From an uncultured Mycoplasmatota bacterium (lineage in GTDB: Bacteria > Bacillota_I > Bacilli_A > RF39 > UBA660): 64,000 nt of DNA. Under the pieces are notes generated by a model. The model searched no databases and was not told where the DNA came from. It saw only the letters and a program-made list of their open reading frames with translations. Positions within the stretch are counted from its first letter, which is position 1, and the number at the start of each line of letters is the position of its first letter. Made by a program: the position numbers and the translations under genes. The stretch covers positions 1,795 through 65,794 of the forward strand of contig CANSRH010000008.1 of NCBI GenBank assembly GCA_947649365.1, written 5' to 3'. Positions 8,863-16,595 of the stretch are shown here, in pieces.

Positions 8863-10812
8863 ATGAAAAAAGTGTATTATTTGTTTATTTTCTTTTTTTT
8901 ATGCATTACTTTGTTTGCTCTTTATCGATTGACATTTTTAAAAGGTGCTTATTATCAAGATGTTTATGATAATAAAACCAATGTCTATGTGGAGTCTTTG
9001 TCTACTCCTAGAGGAAGAATTTTAGATATTCATGGAAATGTTTTGGTGGATAATGTAGGAGTAAAAACAATTGTTTATCGTAAGTTAAATGATATTTCTG
9101 TTGAAAAAGAGATGGAAGTTGCTTATCGTCTTGCCAATTTGTTGTCTTTTCCTGAGCAAGCGAGTGTATTAGAATTGAAAAAATTTTGGATGGTGAAATA
9201 TTCTGATGAAGCAAAACGTTTGCTTACTAGTGAAGAGTATCGTTTGTATGAGGAGAGAAAGCTAAATAGTCAAGATTTGTATTTGTTAAAGTTGGATCGA
9301 ATTACAGAGGAAGTGTTGTCTATTTTTTCAGAGGAAGATCAAAAGGCGGCTTATGTGTATGCATTAATGAATAAAGGATATTATTATGATGCAAAGGTAA
9401 TTAAAAAAGCAGTGATGGAAGAAGAGTATGCTTCTGTTTTGGAAGAGAAACTTATGGGGGTTACGAATGAAATGTATTTTGAAAGAGATTATCCTTATGG
9501 GAGTACTTTGAGAGGTTTGTTTGGAAAGATAGGAAGTATTCCGAAAGAAGAGGAAAGTGATTATTTACGTCGTGGGTATGCATCAAATGATATTGTAGGT
9601 ATTAGTTATCTTGAAAAAGAGTACGATACTTTTCTTCGTGGGGAAAAGGACACATATAAAATCAATCAGGATGGAACGCTTACACAGGTGAAGGAAGGAA
9701 AACGAGGAAATGATTTGGTTTTAAGTATTGATATTGCTATGCAACTTGGGATTGAAGAAATTGTAAAGGAACAAATAAAGAAGGGGAAAACGTTACCGAA
9801 TACAGAGTATTATAATGGTAGTTATGTTTTGATTGGAGATACAAAAACTGGTGCAATGAAAGCGATTGTGGGTCTTAAAATGGTTGGAGAAGATGTGTTT
9901 GTTTCCACAGAGAGTGATGTTGTGAATTCTTCTTTTACGGTTGGAAGTGTAGTAAAAGGGGCTTCTATGGCAATGGCTTATCAAAATGGTCTTGTGGATG
10001 TTGGGAAAAAAATAAAGGATGCGTGTGTGAAACTTTATTTGGTTCCTCAAAAGTGTTCTTATAAAAGCTTAGGGTATGTGGATGATATTACTGCTTTGAA
10101 GACAAGTTCTAATTATTATCAATTTTTACTTGCTATTCGACTTGCTGGTTATGAGTATTCTTATAATATGAAAATGAATGTGACTGAACGCGAATTTTCT
10201 ATTTATCGAAATGCTTTTGCTCAGTTTGGTTTAGGAGTGGAAACAGGTATTGATTTGCCTAAAGAGGTGACAGGGATTCAAGGAACAAAAATTGCTCCTG
10301 ATTTGCTTCTTAATTTTGCGATTGGGCAGTACGATACTTATACCCCTTTGCAATTGTTGCAGTACATTAATACCATTGCAAATAAGGGAAATAGAATGCG
10401 CTTGTCTTTGGTAGATCATATTGTAGATAAAGAAGGAGTAGTTTTGTTAAAAAAAGAGCCCGAAGTTTTGAGTACGTATGCTTTGGATTCTTCTTATTTT
10501 GATCGAATTCAAACAGGATTTTATCAAGTGGTGAATTTGGGAACTGGATATGGATATACGGATGTTGCTTTTCGTCCTGCTGGTAAAACGGGAACGAGTG
10601 AAACATATTTTGATTCGAATCAAGATGGTACGGGAGATGTTTTAACTATTACGAATACATATGCTATGTATGCTCCTTATGATGATGCCAAGTATAGTAT
10701 GGTGGTGATTAGTCCGAATGTTAATCATTATGAAGGAAAGACGGATTATTTTGCTTATATTAATCGATACATTAGCCGTGCTGTTAGTGATTATGTGTTT
10801 ACAAATTATTAG
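8863..10812 (+). CDS. penicillin-binding protein, class B transpeptidase (PBP2-like)
   Basis: N-terminal membrane anchor and a PBP dimerisation region (STPRGRILDIHGNVLVDN). Transpeptidase motifs SVVK (SxxK) and KTGTSE (KTG). ATG at 8863 after AGGTG; the GTG at 8854 overlaps the RBS. Confidence 0.8.
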   Translation: MKKVYYLFIFFFLCITLFALYRLTFLKGAYYQDVYDNKTNVYVESLSTPRGRILDIHGNVLVDNVGVKTIVYRKLNDISVEKEMEVAYRLANLLSFPEQASVLELKKFWMVKYSDEAKRLLTSEEYRLYEERKLNSQDLYLLKLDRITEEVLSIFSEEDQKAAYVYALMNKGYYYDAKVIKKAVMEEEYASVLEEKLMGVTNEMYFERDYPYGSTLRGLFGKIGSIPKEEESDYLRRGYASNDIVGISYLEKEYDTFLRGEKDTYKINQDGTLTQVKEGKRGNDLVLSIDIAMQLGIEEIVKEQIKKGKTLPNTEYYNGSYVLIGDTKTGAMKAIVGLKMVGEDVFVSTESDVVNSSFTVGSVVKGASMAMAYQNGLVDVGKKIKDACVKLYLVPQKCSYKSLGYVDDITALKTSSNYYQFLLAIRLAGYEYSYNMKMNVTEREFSIYRNAFAQFGLGVETGIDLPKEVTGIQGTKIAPDLLLNFAIGQYDTYTPLQLLQYINTIANKGNRMRLSLVDHIVDKEGVVLLKKEPEVLSTYALDSSYFDRIQTGFYQVVNLGTGYGYTDVAFRPAGKTGTSETYFDSNQDGTGDVLTITNTYAMYAPYDDAKYSMVVISPNVNHYEGKTDYFAYINRYISRAVSDYVFTNY

Positions 10813-10896
10813 ATGCTTTTCTTTTTTAAGTATCTTTTTTTCTTTTTTTGCGTTATGATTGTAAAATACGAGACTAGATTAATAATCGACAATTTC

Positions 10897-10925
10897 TTGA
10901 CTTTTTCGACATTTCATGTTAATGT
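10897..10925 (+). promoter_or_regulatory. sigma-A promoter: -35 TTGACT (10897-10902), 17-nt spacer, -10 TAATGT (10920-10925)
   Basis: Read directly; upstream of the GGAGG RBS of the first wzz-like gene. Confidence 0.45.
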
Positions 10926-10949
10926 AGGCGCAAATTTAGGAGGTTGACT

Positions 10950-11663
10950 ATGGAAGAAATTAATTTAAAAGAATTGTTTGAGTTTTTTAAGTCAAAATTT
11001 TTGTATCTGATTGCAATTGTAGTAACCATTTGTTTTGTTGTTTTGTTTTATTTGTTTGTGATACAACAACCAAGATATGAGTCTTCTACTTCTTTGATTT
11101 TAACCGGTTTTACTAATGTGAATAAAGATAATGAAGCAGCTATCAGTACAAATGATTTAAACATTAATCAAAAGTTATTAGCAACTTATCAAGAAATTAC
11201 AAAGTCTAAAAAAGTATTGGAACAAGTGATTCAAAGTTTAAGTCTTTCTTCTTCTGTCGAAACCTTAGCGAAGCATGTTTCTGTTACAGGAGTTCCCGAT
11301 ACAGAGATTATTAAGATTACCGTGTCTGATGGGAATGCCGAGGTAGCGTACCGAATTGTAGGAAAAATTGCTGAGGTGTTTAGTGAAGAAGTAAAAACGA
11401 TTTATAATGTTTCTAATGTTAGTATTTTGGATACTCCTAGTATTGCAACGAAAGCATCCAATATGGCACTTTCAAAAGCTTTGTTGGTTTCTTTGGTTTT
11501 GGGGATTGTGATTTCATTCAGTATTTTGTTTGTTGCTTATTATTTTGATACTACAGTAAAGAATGCTACTCAAATTGAAGCAAGAGTAGGAGTTCCTGTG
11601 TTGGGTTCTATTCCAGATTATCATAAAAAAAGTGTTCGAAAGAAGAAAAGAGGGAATGAGTAA
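10950..11663 (+). CDS. polysaccharide chain-length determinant / BY-kinase transmembrane modulator (Wzz/CpsC/YwqC family), copy 1
   Basis: Two TM segments flank a periplasmic Wzz-like domain. The conserved C-terminal motif (GSIPDY..KK, ending in a K/R tail) activates the cognate kinase. ATG at 10950 after GGAGG. Confidence 0.8.
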   Translation: MEEINLKELFEFFKSKFLYLIAIVVTICFVVLFYLFVIQQPRYESSTSLILTGFTNVNKDNEAAISTNDLNINQKLLATYQEITKSKKVLEQVIQSLSLSSSVETLAKHVSVTGVPDTEIIKITVSDGNAEVAYRIVGKIAEVFSEEVKTIYNVSNVSILDTPSIATKASNMALSKALLVSLVLGIVISFSILFVAYYFDTTVKNATQIEARVGVPVLGSIPDYHKKSVRKKKRGNE

Positions 11664-12337
11664 TGGATGAATTGATTGTTAGTAAAAATCCAAAATGTAG
11701 TGTTGCAGAAGCCATTCGAGTGATTCGAACGAATATTCAATTTTCTTTGAAATTAAAAAAAGGAAAAATGATTTTGGTGACTTCTTCTGTAAAAGGGGAA
11801 GGGAAGAGTTTTGTTAGTTCCAATTTGGCCGTTTCTTTTGCTCAGAAAAATTTAAAGGTGTTGCTTGTGGATTCTGATTTACGTCTTGGTCGATTGCATC
11901 AAATTTTCAAAGCAAGTAATAAGAACGGATTTTCTGAACTTTTGGTGAATGATGATGGACGAAAGTATCAAAAGTATGTCAAAGATACAGGGATCGAAAA
12001 TCTTTCGTTTATTTCAAGAGGAATGGTTCCTCCTAATCCTAGTGAACTTTTGGATTCTCCCAATATTGCTTCTTTTTTGGAACAAGCGGGAAACGATTAT
12101 GATGTGATTTTGTTTGATGGTACACCAATTAATGGCTTGACGGACTCTTTGGTGTTTACAAAATATGTAGATAAAGTTGTGGTCGTTAGTGCTGCGAATT
12201 ATACCAAGATGAATTTATTAGAGAATACCATTAAAAGTTTACAAAATTTACATGTTGATATTGCTGGTGTTGTTTTAAATAAAGTATCTATCAATTCTTC
12301 TAGCTCTTATTATAATGATTATTATACGGATTTATGA
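11663..12337 (+). CDS. tyrosine-protein kinase (BY-kinase, CpsD/Wze/YwqD family), copy 1
   Basis: Walker A (TSSVKGEGKS), Walker A-prime (VLLVDSDLR), Walker B (VILFDG). C-terminal Tyr cluster (SSSYYNDYYTDL). Start overlaps the upstream stop. Confidence 0.85.
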   Translation: MDELIVSKNPKCSVAEAIRVIRTNIQFSLKLKKGKMILVTSSVKGEGKSFVSSNLAVSFAQKNLKVLLVDSDLRLGRLHQIFKASNKNGFSELLVNDDGRKYQKYVKDTGIENLSFISRGMVPPNPSELLDSPNIASFLEQAGNDYDVILFDGTPINGLTDSLVFTKYVDKVVVVSAANYTKMNLLENTIKSLQNLHVDIAGVVLNKVSINSSSSYYNDYYTDL

Positions 12338-13065
12338 TTGATATTCATTCTCATGTTTTGTATGGAATTGATGATGGGGCAAAAACAGTAGAGGAAAGTG
12401 TAGCAATTCTTAAACAAATGGCAGACTTAGGGTTTACAAAACTGCTTGTTACACCCCATTATATGGAAAATACAGAATATGTTGCTGATAATAAAAGAAA
12501 GAAAGAAATTATAAAAGAGTTAAAAGAAAAATTAGAAGAAGAATCGATTGCTTTGGAATTGTATTTAGGAAACGAAGTATATATTTTTGAAGAGATTGTT
12601 GAAAGGATTCAAAGCCAAGCCATTTTTACTTTGAACCAAACCAATTATATTTTGGTAGAACTTCCACTTTTAGAACATATGCACGCAGATTTGGATATTT
12701 TGTTTGAGTTGGTTGCAAGTGGCGTGCATGTTGTTCTTGCTCATCCTGAACGTTATGTTCTGTTTCAAAAAAATCCAAACTTGTTAGATAAATATACCGA
12801 TATGGGGATTTTGTTACAAGGGAATTATGAATCTCTTTGTGGGAAGTATGGAAAGAAAACACAAGCTTTAATGAAACAATGGTTAAAAGAAAAACGATAT
12901 TTTACTTTAAGTAGTGATGTTCATAAAGAAAATTCTAGTTTTTTTAAGAATTTTCCTAAAGTACAAAAAAAATTATTAAAATTGGTAGATACGATATATT
13001 TGCAACAATTGCAAAAGGAAAACCCTCAAAAAATATTGGATGGTGTGTATGTAGAAAATGACTAG
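12334..13065 (+). CDS. phosphotyrosine-protein phosphatase, PHP family (CpsB/Wzh/YwqE)
   Basis: N-terminal MIDIHSHVLYGIDDGA and downstream His/Asp metal ligands (VLAHPERY) typical of CpsB. Overlaps the kinase stop. Confidence 0.85.
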   Translation: MIDIHSHVLYGIDDGAKTVEESVAILKQMADLGFTKLLVTPHYMENTEYVADNKRKKEIIKELKEKLEEESIALELYLGNEVYIFEEIVERIQSQAIFTLNQTNYILVELPLLEHMHADLDILFELVASGVHVVLAHPERYVLFQKNPNLLDKYTDMGILLQGNYESLCGKYGKKTQALMKQWLKEKRYFTLSSDVHKENSSFFKNFPKVQKKLLKLVDTIYLQQLQKENPQKILDGVYVEND

Positions 13066-13156
13066 AAATTCTAGTTGTTTTTTCTTTTTACATAAAAAAT
13101 ATTGATTATTTAATGAAAACCTTTATTTTAAAGCATATATGTAAAATATTTGATGC

Positions 13157-13180
13157 TTTTACTACCTATTTACTACTTTA
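13157..13180. repeat. direct-repeat motif TTTTACTACCTATTTACTACTTTA (TTTACTAC-N3-TTTACTAC), copy A
   Basis: A near-identical 24-nt motif recurs at 14174-14198. The half-site centre-to-centre distance is 11 bp. Confidence 0.6.
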
Positions 13181-13308
13181 TAAATATATATTAATTAGTT
13201 CTTTTTCTTTTATCATTATATCTGTGAGTATATAACATGTTTTCTAACAAAATAGAGTACAAAAAAAATATTCTATGATATAATAAAAAAGATTAGGGAG
13301 GGTTTTAA

Positions 13309-13923
13309 ATGGAGAAATTAGAGTTAATAAAACTTAGAAATGAAATAGTATTTGTTACAAGTAATAAAGGAAAAGTTGCTTCAGCTCAAAGACAATTAAC
13401 AGATATTAAATTAGAGATATTTGATTATGATTTAATCGAACCTAGAAGCGATGATGTTAGAGAAATAGCAGAATATAAGGTTAGAGAGGCATATGAAGTT
13501 ATAAAAAAACCATGTATTGCTTTGGATGCAGGTTTCTTTATAGAAGAATTGAATGGATTTCCTAGAGCCTTTGTAAACTTTGCTTTAGATACTTTAGGAA
13601 TAGATGGAATATTAAAACAAATGCATGACATTGAAAACAGGAAATGTGCTTTTAAAGAATGCTTAGCATATTATGATGGGCAAAATATATTATATTTTGA
13701 TGGAAATCATGAAGGAAAATTATCTACAGAAATAAGAGGAAATGATACTGATAAAAAATGGTCTAATTTATGGTATATATTTATTCCATATGGATATGAT
13801 AAAACATTAGCCGAGATGAGTGATGAAGAAAGAAATAATAGAATCAGATGCCCACAAAATACTAGTGCTATGGAAGAATTTGTAGATTACTATCATAAGA
13901 CTAGAAAATTAGTAAAAAATTAA
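13309..13923 (+). CDS. divergent Ham1/ITPase-like (Maf/Ham1 superfamily) non-canonical NTP pyrophosphatase
   Basis: N-terminal IVFVTSNKGK resembles the T-x-N-x-G-K motif, then an ALDAGF..LNGFP region resembles DSGL..LNG.PG, with a RGND..YGYD tail. Divergent. Sits in an AT-rich islet. Confidence 0.45.
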   Translation: MEKLELIKLRNEIVFVTSNKGKVASAQRQLTDIKLEIFDYDLIEPRSDDVREIAEYKVREAYEVIKKPCIALDAGFFIEELNGFPRAFVNFALDTLGIDGILKQMHDIENRKCAFKECLAYYDGQNILYFDGNHEGKLSTEIRGNDTDKKWSNLWYIFIPYGYDKTLAEMSDEERNNRIRCPQNTSAMEEFVDYYHKTRKLVKN

Positions 13924-13937
13924 AATTAGCAAATATG

Positions 13938-13961
13938 AATCGCAGAAATGCGATTTTTGTT
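13938..13961 (+). terminator. rho-independent terminator (AATCGCA-GAAA-TGCGATT + T-run)
   Basis: 7-bp GC-containing stem, GAAA tetraloop and TTTTTGTT tail directly after the Ham1-like stop. Confidence 0.6.
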
Positions 13962-14173
13962 ACAAGAATTTAATTTACTGTGTTTAACAGTTATTACTAA
14001 ATTTTGCTACATGCTTCATGCTACATAATAAGGGTAATACTATACCTTATTATGGCGAAGACTTAAGTGGCTACGCCCCTAAATCTCGCTTTTATAAATA
14101 GATATTCTTATACTGAGTAATGTCATAGTATTTTTTAAATATTTAAAATTAATACTTTAAAAGAGTTCTAAAA

Positions 14174-14198
14174 TTTTTACTACTAATTTACTACTTTT
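14174..14198. repeat. direct-repeat motif TTTTTACTACTAATTTACTACTTTT (TTTACTAC-N3-TTTACTAC), copy B
   Basis: Second copy of the 13157 motif, about 200 bp upstream of the second wzz-like gene. Confidence 0.6.
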
Positions 14199-14393
14199 GA
14201 AAGTGAAAATATAAGAAATTATAACAATTTATAAGAATATCATTCAAAAACAAAAATGCCGTAAATACTTATAAATAAAGGTTATAATGCTATTTAAGAA
14301 CTTATAAAAAGATACTCCCAAAAATACAATATTTTTTCTATACAAAATTTGTTCTTCATGATATAATTTTTTAAGAATAGGGAGAGGCGTTGT

Positions 14394-15086
14394 ATGGAAG
14401 AACTGGATTTAAGAGATTTATTGTCTTATTTTGGAAGTAAAATAGTTTCTTTTCTTTTTATTGTTTGTTTAGTAGTTACCGCTGGTTGTTTGTATTCTGT
14501 ATTTGTCCAAAAACCAGAATATACTTCAAAAACAAGTATTATTTTGACAGGATTTAGTAGTAATACGGAGTCTTCCATTACACAGTCTGATTTGACCGTA
14601 AATTCGAAACTTGTAAGTACTTATCAAGAAATTGTAAAGAGTCGTCGCGTTCTTAGTCAAGTAATTACCAATTTACGTCTTACTTTTACTACCAAGGAAC
14701 TGGCTCGTATGATTTCTGTTGGGGCAGTGAATGACACAGAGATTATTGAAATCTCTGTTACGAATTTGGATGCAAAACAAGCTTATTTGATTGCGAATGA
14801 GGTTGCAGAAGTGTTTGGTCATGAAGCGAAAGATTTGTACAATTTGTCAAATGTTTCTATTTTGGATTATGCAGAAATTGAGTCCGTACCATCGAATTTG
14901 AATATTACAAAGCAAGTATGTATTTATATTCTTGCTGGATTTCTTTTGGCTTTTGTTCTTTTGTTTGTGATTTATTATTTTGATACTTCTCTTAAGAGTG
15001 TTCATGATGTGGAAAGAAAGTTTGATTTGACCATTTTAGGTTCTGTTCCTGATTATACAAAGAAAAAGAAAAAGGGAGGAAAGTAA
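14394..15086 (+). CDS. Wzz/CpsC-family BY-kinase modulator, copy 2 (paralog)
   Basis: Same architecture as 10950-11663 (MEE..L..FG....IV, two TMs, GSVPDY..KKKKKGGK tail). Clearly homologous but diverged from copy 1. Confidence 0.8.
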   Translation: MEELDLRDLLSYFGSKIVSFLFIVCLVVTAGCLYSVFVQKPEYTSKTSIILTGFSSNTESSITQSDLTVNSKLVSTYQEIVKSRRVLSQVITNLRLTFTTKELARMISVGAVNDTEIIEISVTNLDAKQAYLIANEVAEVFGHEAKDLYNLSNVSILDYAEIESVPSNLNITKQVCIYILAGFLLAFVLLFVIYYFDTSLKSVHDVERKFDLTILGSVPDYTKKKKKGGK

Positions 15087-15087
15087 A

Positions 15088-15756
15088 ATGAATAATGAAA
15101 TTATTGTAGATCATAATCCTAAGAGTAGTGTTGCAGAAGCTATACGGATTATAAGAACAAATTTGGAGTTTTCAGGTGTAGATAAAAAAATTCATTCTGT
15201 TTTGATTACATCGTCTGTTCCATCAGAAGGAAAAAGTTTTATTAGTACAAATTTAGCAACTGCTTTTGCTCAAAACGGAAGTAAAGTTTTACTTATGGAT
15301 TGCGATATGCGTAAAGGTAGGTTGCATAAGATTTTTAATATTGTGAACGATAAGGGATTGTCTAATCTTCTTCTTGAAAATGTGGAGACAAAGTTTAGTA
15401 GTTATATTAAAAAAACCAATATTGAGAATTTGTATCTTTTACCGAAAGGAGTAGTTCCTCCTAATCCTAGTGAATTATTAAATTCTCCTAAGACAAAAGT
15501 TTTATTACGGACTTTATCTGATCGATTTGATTATATTATTTTGGATGGAACTCCAGTAAATGGTTTAACCGATTCGTTGATACTTACAAAATATGTTGAT
15601 AAAACAGTGATTGTTGCATCTTTAAATTATACAAAGACCAATGATTTGGAGTTTACAAAAAAGAGTTTAATGAGTGTAGGAGCAGATATAGCTGGGGTGA
15701 TTGTGAATAAAACACAAGATATTCATGGCAATTATTATGGCAATTATTATGAATGA
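15088..15756 (+). CDS. tyrosine-protein kinase (BY-kinase) copy 2 (paralog)
   Basis: Walker A (TSSVPSEGKS), Walker A-prime (VLLMDCDMR), Walker B (ILDG). C-terminal Tyr cluster (HGNYYGNYYE). No adjacent PHP phosphatase. Confidence 0.85.
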   Translation: MNNEIIVDHNPKSSVAEAIRIIRTNLEFSGVDKKIHSVLITSSVPSEGKSFISTNLATAFAQNGSKVLLMDCDMRKGRLHKIFNIVNDKGLSNLLLENVETKFSSYIKKTNIENLYLLPKGVVPPNPSELLNSPKTKVLLRTLSDRFDYIILDGTPVNGLTDSLILTKYVDKTVIVASLNYTKTNDLEFTKKSLMSVGADIAGVIVNKTQDIHGNYYGNYYE

Positions 15757-15830
15757 AATGTGTGTATTTAGGTACATAGTATTTTAAAAAATGGATATCC
15801 TATCTACTAGGTGTAAAGGTAGTAGGTAGT

Positions 15831-15953
15831 ATGAAATATATATTGTTTTTGTTGATAGCTTTTTTTGTTTTACTTGTTTATTCTTCTTGTTTTGTTTCAG
15901 GACAATGTAGTCGTTTGGAAGAAGAACAGGATTTTTCTTTTTTGGATTTGTAA
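15831..15953 (+). CDS. unannotated small hydrophobic peptide (40 aa, MKYILFLLIAFFVLLVYSSCFVSGQCSRLEEEQDFSFLDL)
   Basis: ATG at 15831 preceded by a weak AGGTAG Shine-Dalgarno-like sequence, if any. N-terminal signal-like hydrophobic stretch. Below the ORF-track length cutoff. Confidence 0.25.
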   Translation: MKYILFLLIAFFVLLVYSSCFVSGQCSRLEEEQDFSFLDL

Positions 15954-16038
15954 GAGTGTTTTCGAGTTTTTTATCTAAAACACTTTTTTTATTGTAATCA
16001 ATTATTTATGTTATAATGAGACTGAATTGAGGTAAAAT

Positions 16039-16527
16039 ATGGAGTCAACGCTTTGTTTATTGAGAAAAGAAAATCAGCTTTTGCTTGCTAAGAAAAAAAA
16101 GGGATTTGGTAAAGGAAAATACAATGGGGTAGGAGGAAAATTAGAGAAAGATGAAACGCCAGAGATGGCAATGATAAGAGAAGTAGAAGAAGAAATTTTT
16201 GTTACCCCTCTTCAGTATGAAAAGGTTGGAGTGATAGAATTTCTTGAGTATTTAAAGGATAAGAGAGAGAAAGTTCTCATTCATTTGTATGTTTGTAATC
16301 TTTGGGAGGGTGTTCCTTCGGAGTCGGAGGAAATGGAACCCAAATGGTTTTCTATTGATAAACTTCCTTATGATCAGATGTTTCTTGATGATAGGTATTG
16401 GTTACCACTTATTTTGGAGGGAAAGAAGATAAAAGCTTTTTTTGAATTTGATGAGGAATGGAATTTGGTGTTTCATGAAGTTCAAGAAGTTAGTGATGAA
16501 ACAGTTTGTGAGACCTTTTTGCAATAA
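16039..16527 (+). CDS. NUDIX hydrolase (MutT/8-oxo-dGTP diphosphatase-like)
   Basis: Nudix box GGKLEKDETPEMAMIREVEEEIFV (GX5EX7REUXEEXGU). Confidence 0.8.
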   Translation: MESTLCLLRKENQLLLAKKKKGFGKGKYNGVGGKLEKDETPEMAMIREVEEEIFVTPLQYEKVGVIEFLEYLKDKREKVLIHLYVCNLWEGVPSESEEMEPKWFSIDKLPYDQMFLDDRYWLPLILEGKKIKAFFEFDEEWNLVFHEVQEVSDETVCETFLQ

Positions 16528-16595
16528 GAAGTAAGCGAAGATTTTGCTTCTTTTTTTTTCTTTTTTTCATAGAATTTTATAAAGGAGCACTGGTT

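Noticed and set aside
10944-10949. TTG at 10944 as start of the first wzz-like gene (and GTG 3071, GTG 7660, GTG 8854, TTG 22067, GTG 23111, GTG 24239, GTG 28134 from the ORF track)
   Set aside because: In each case an ATG 6-60 nt downstream has a properly spaced Shine-Dalgarno sequence, whereas the upstream alternative start lies inside or abuts the SD. Coordinates were adjusted accordingly.
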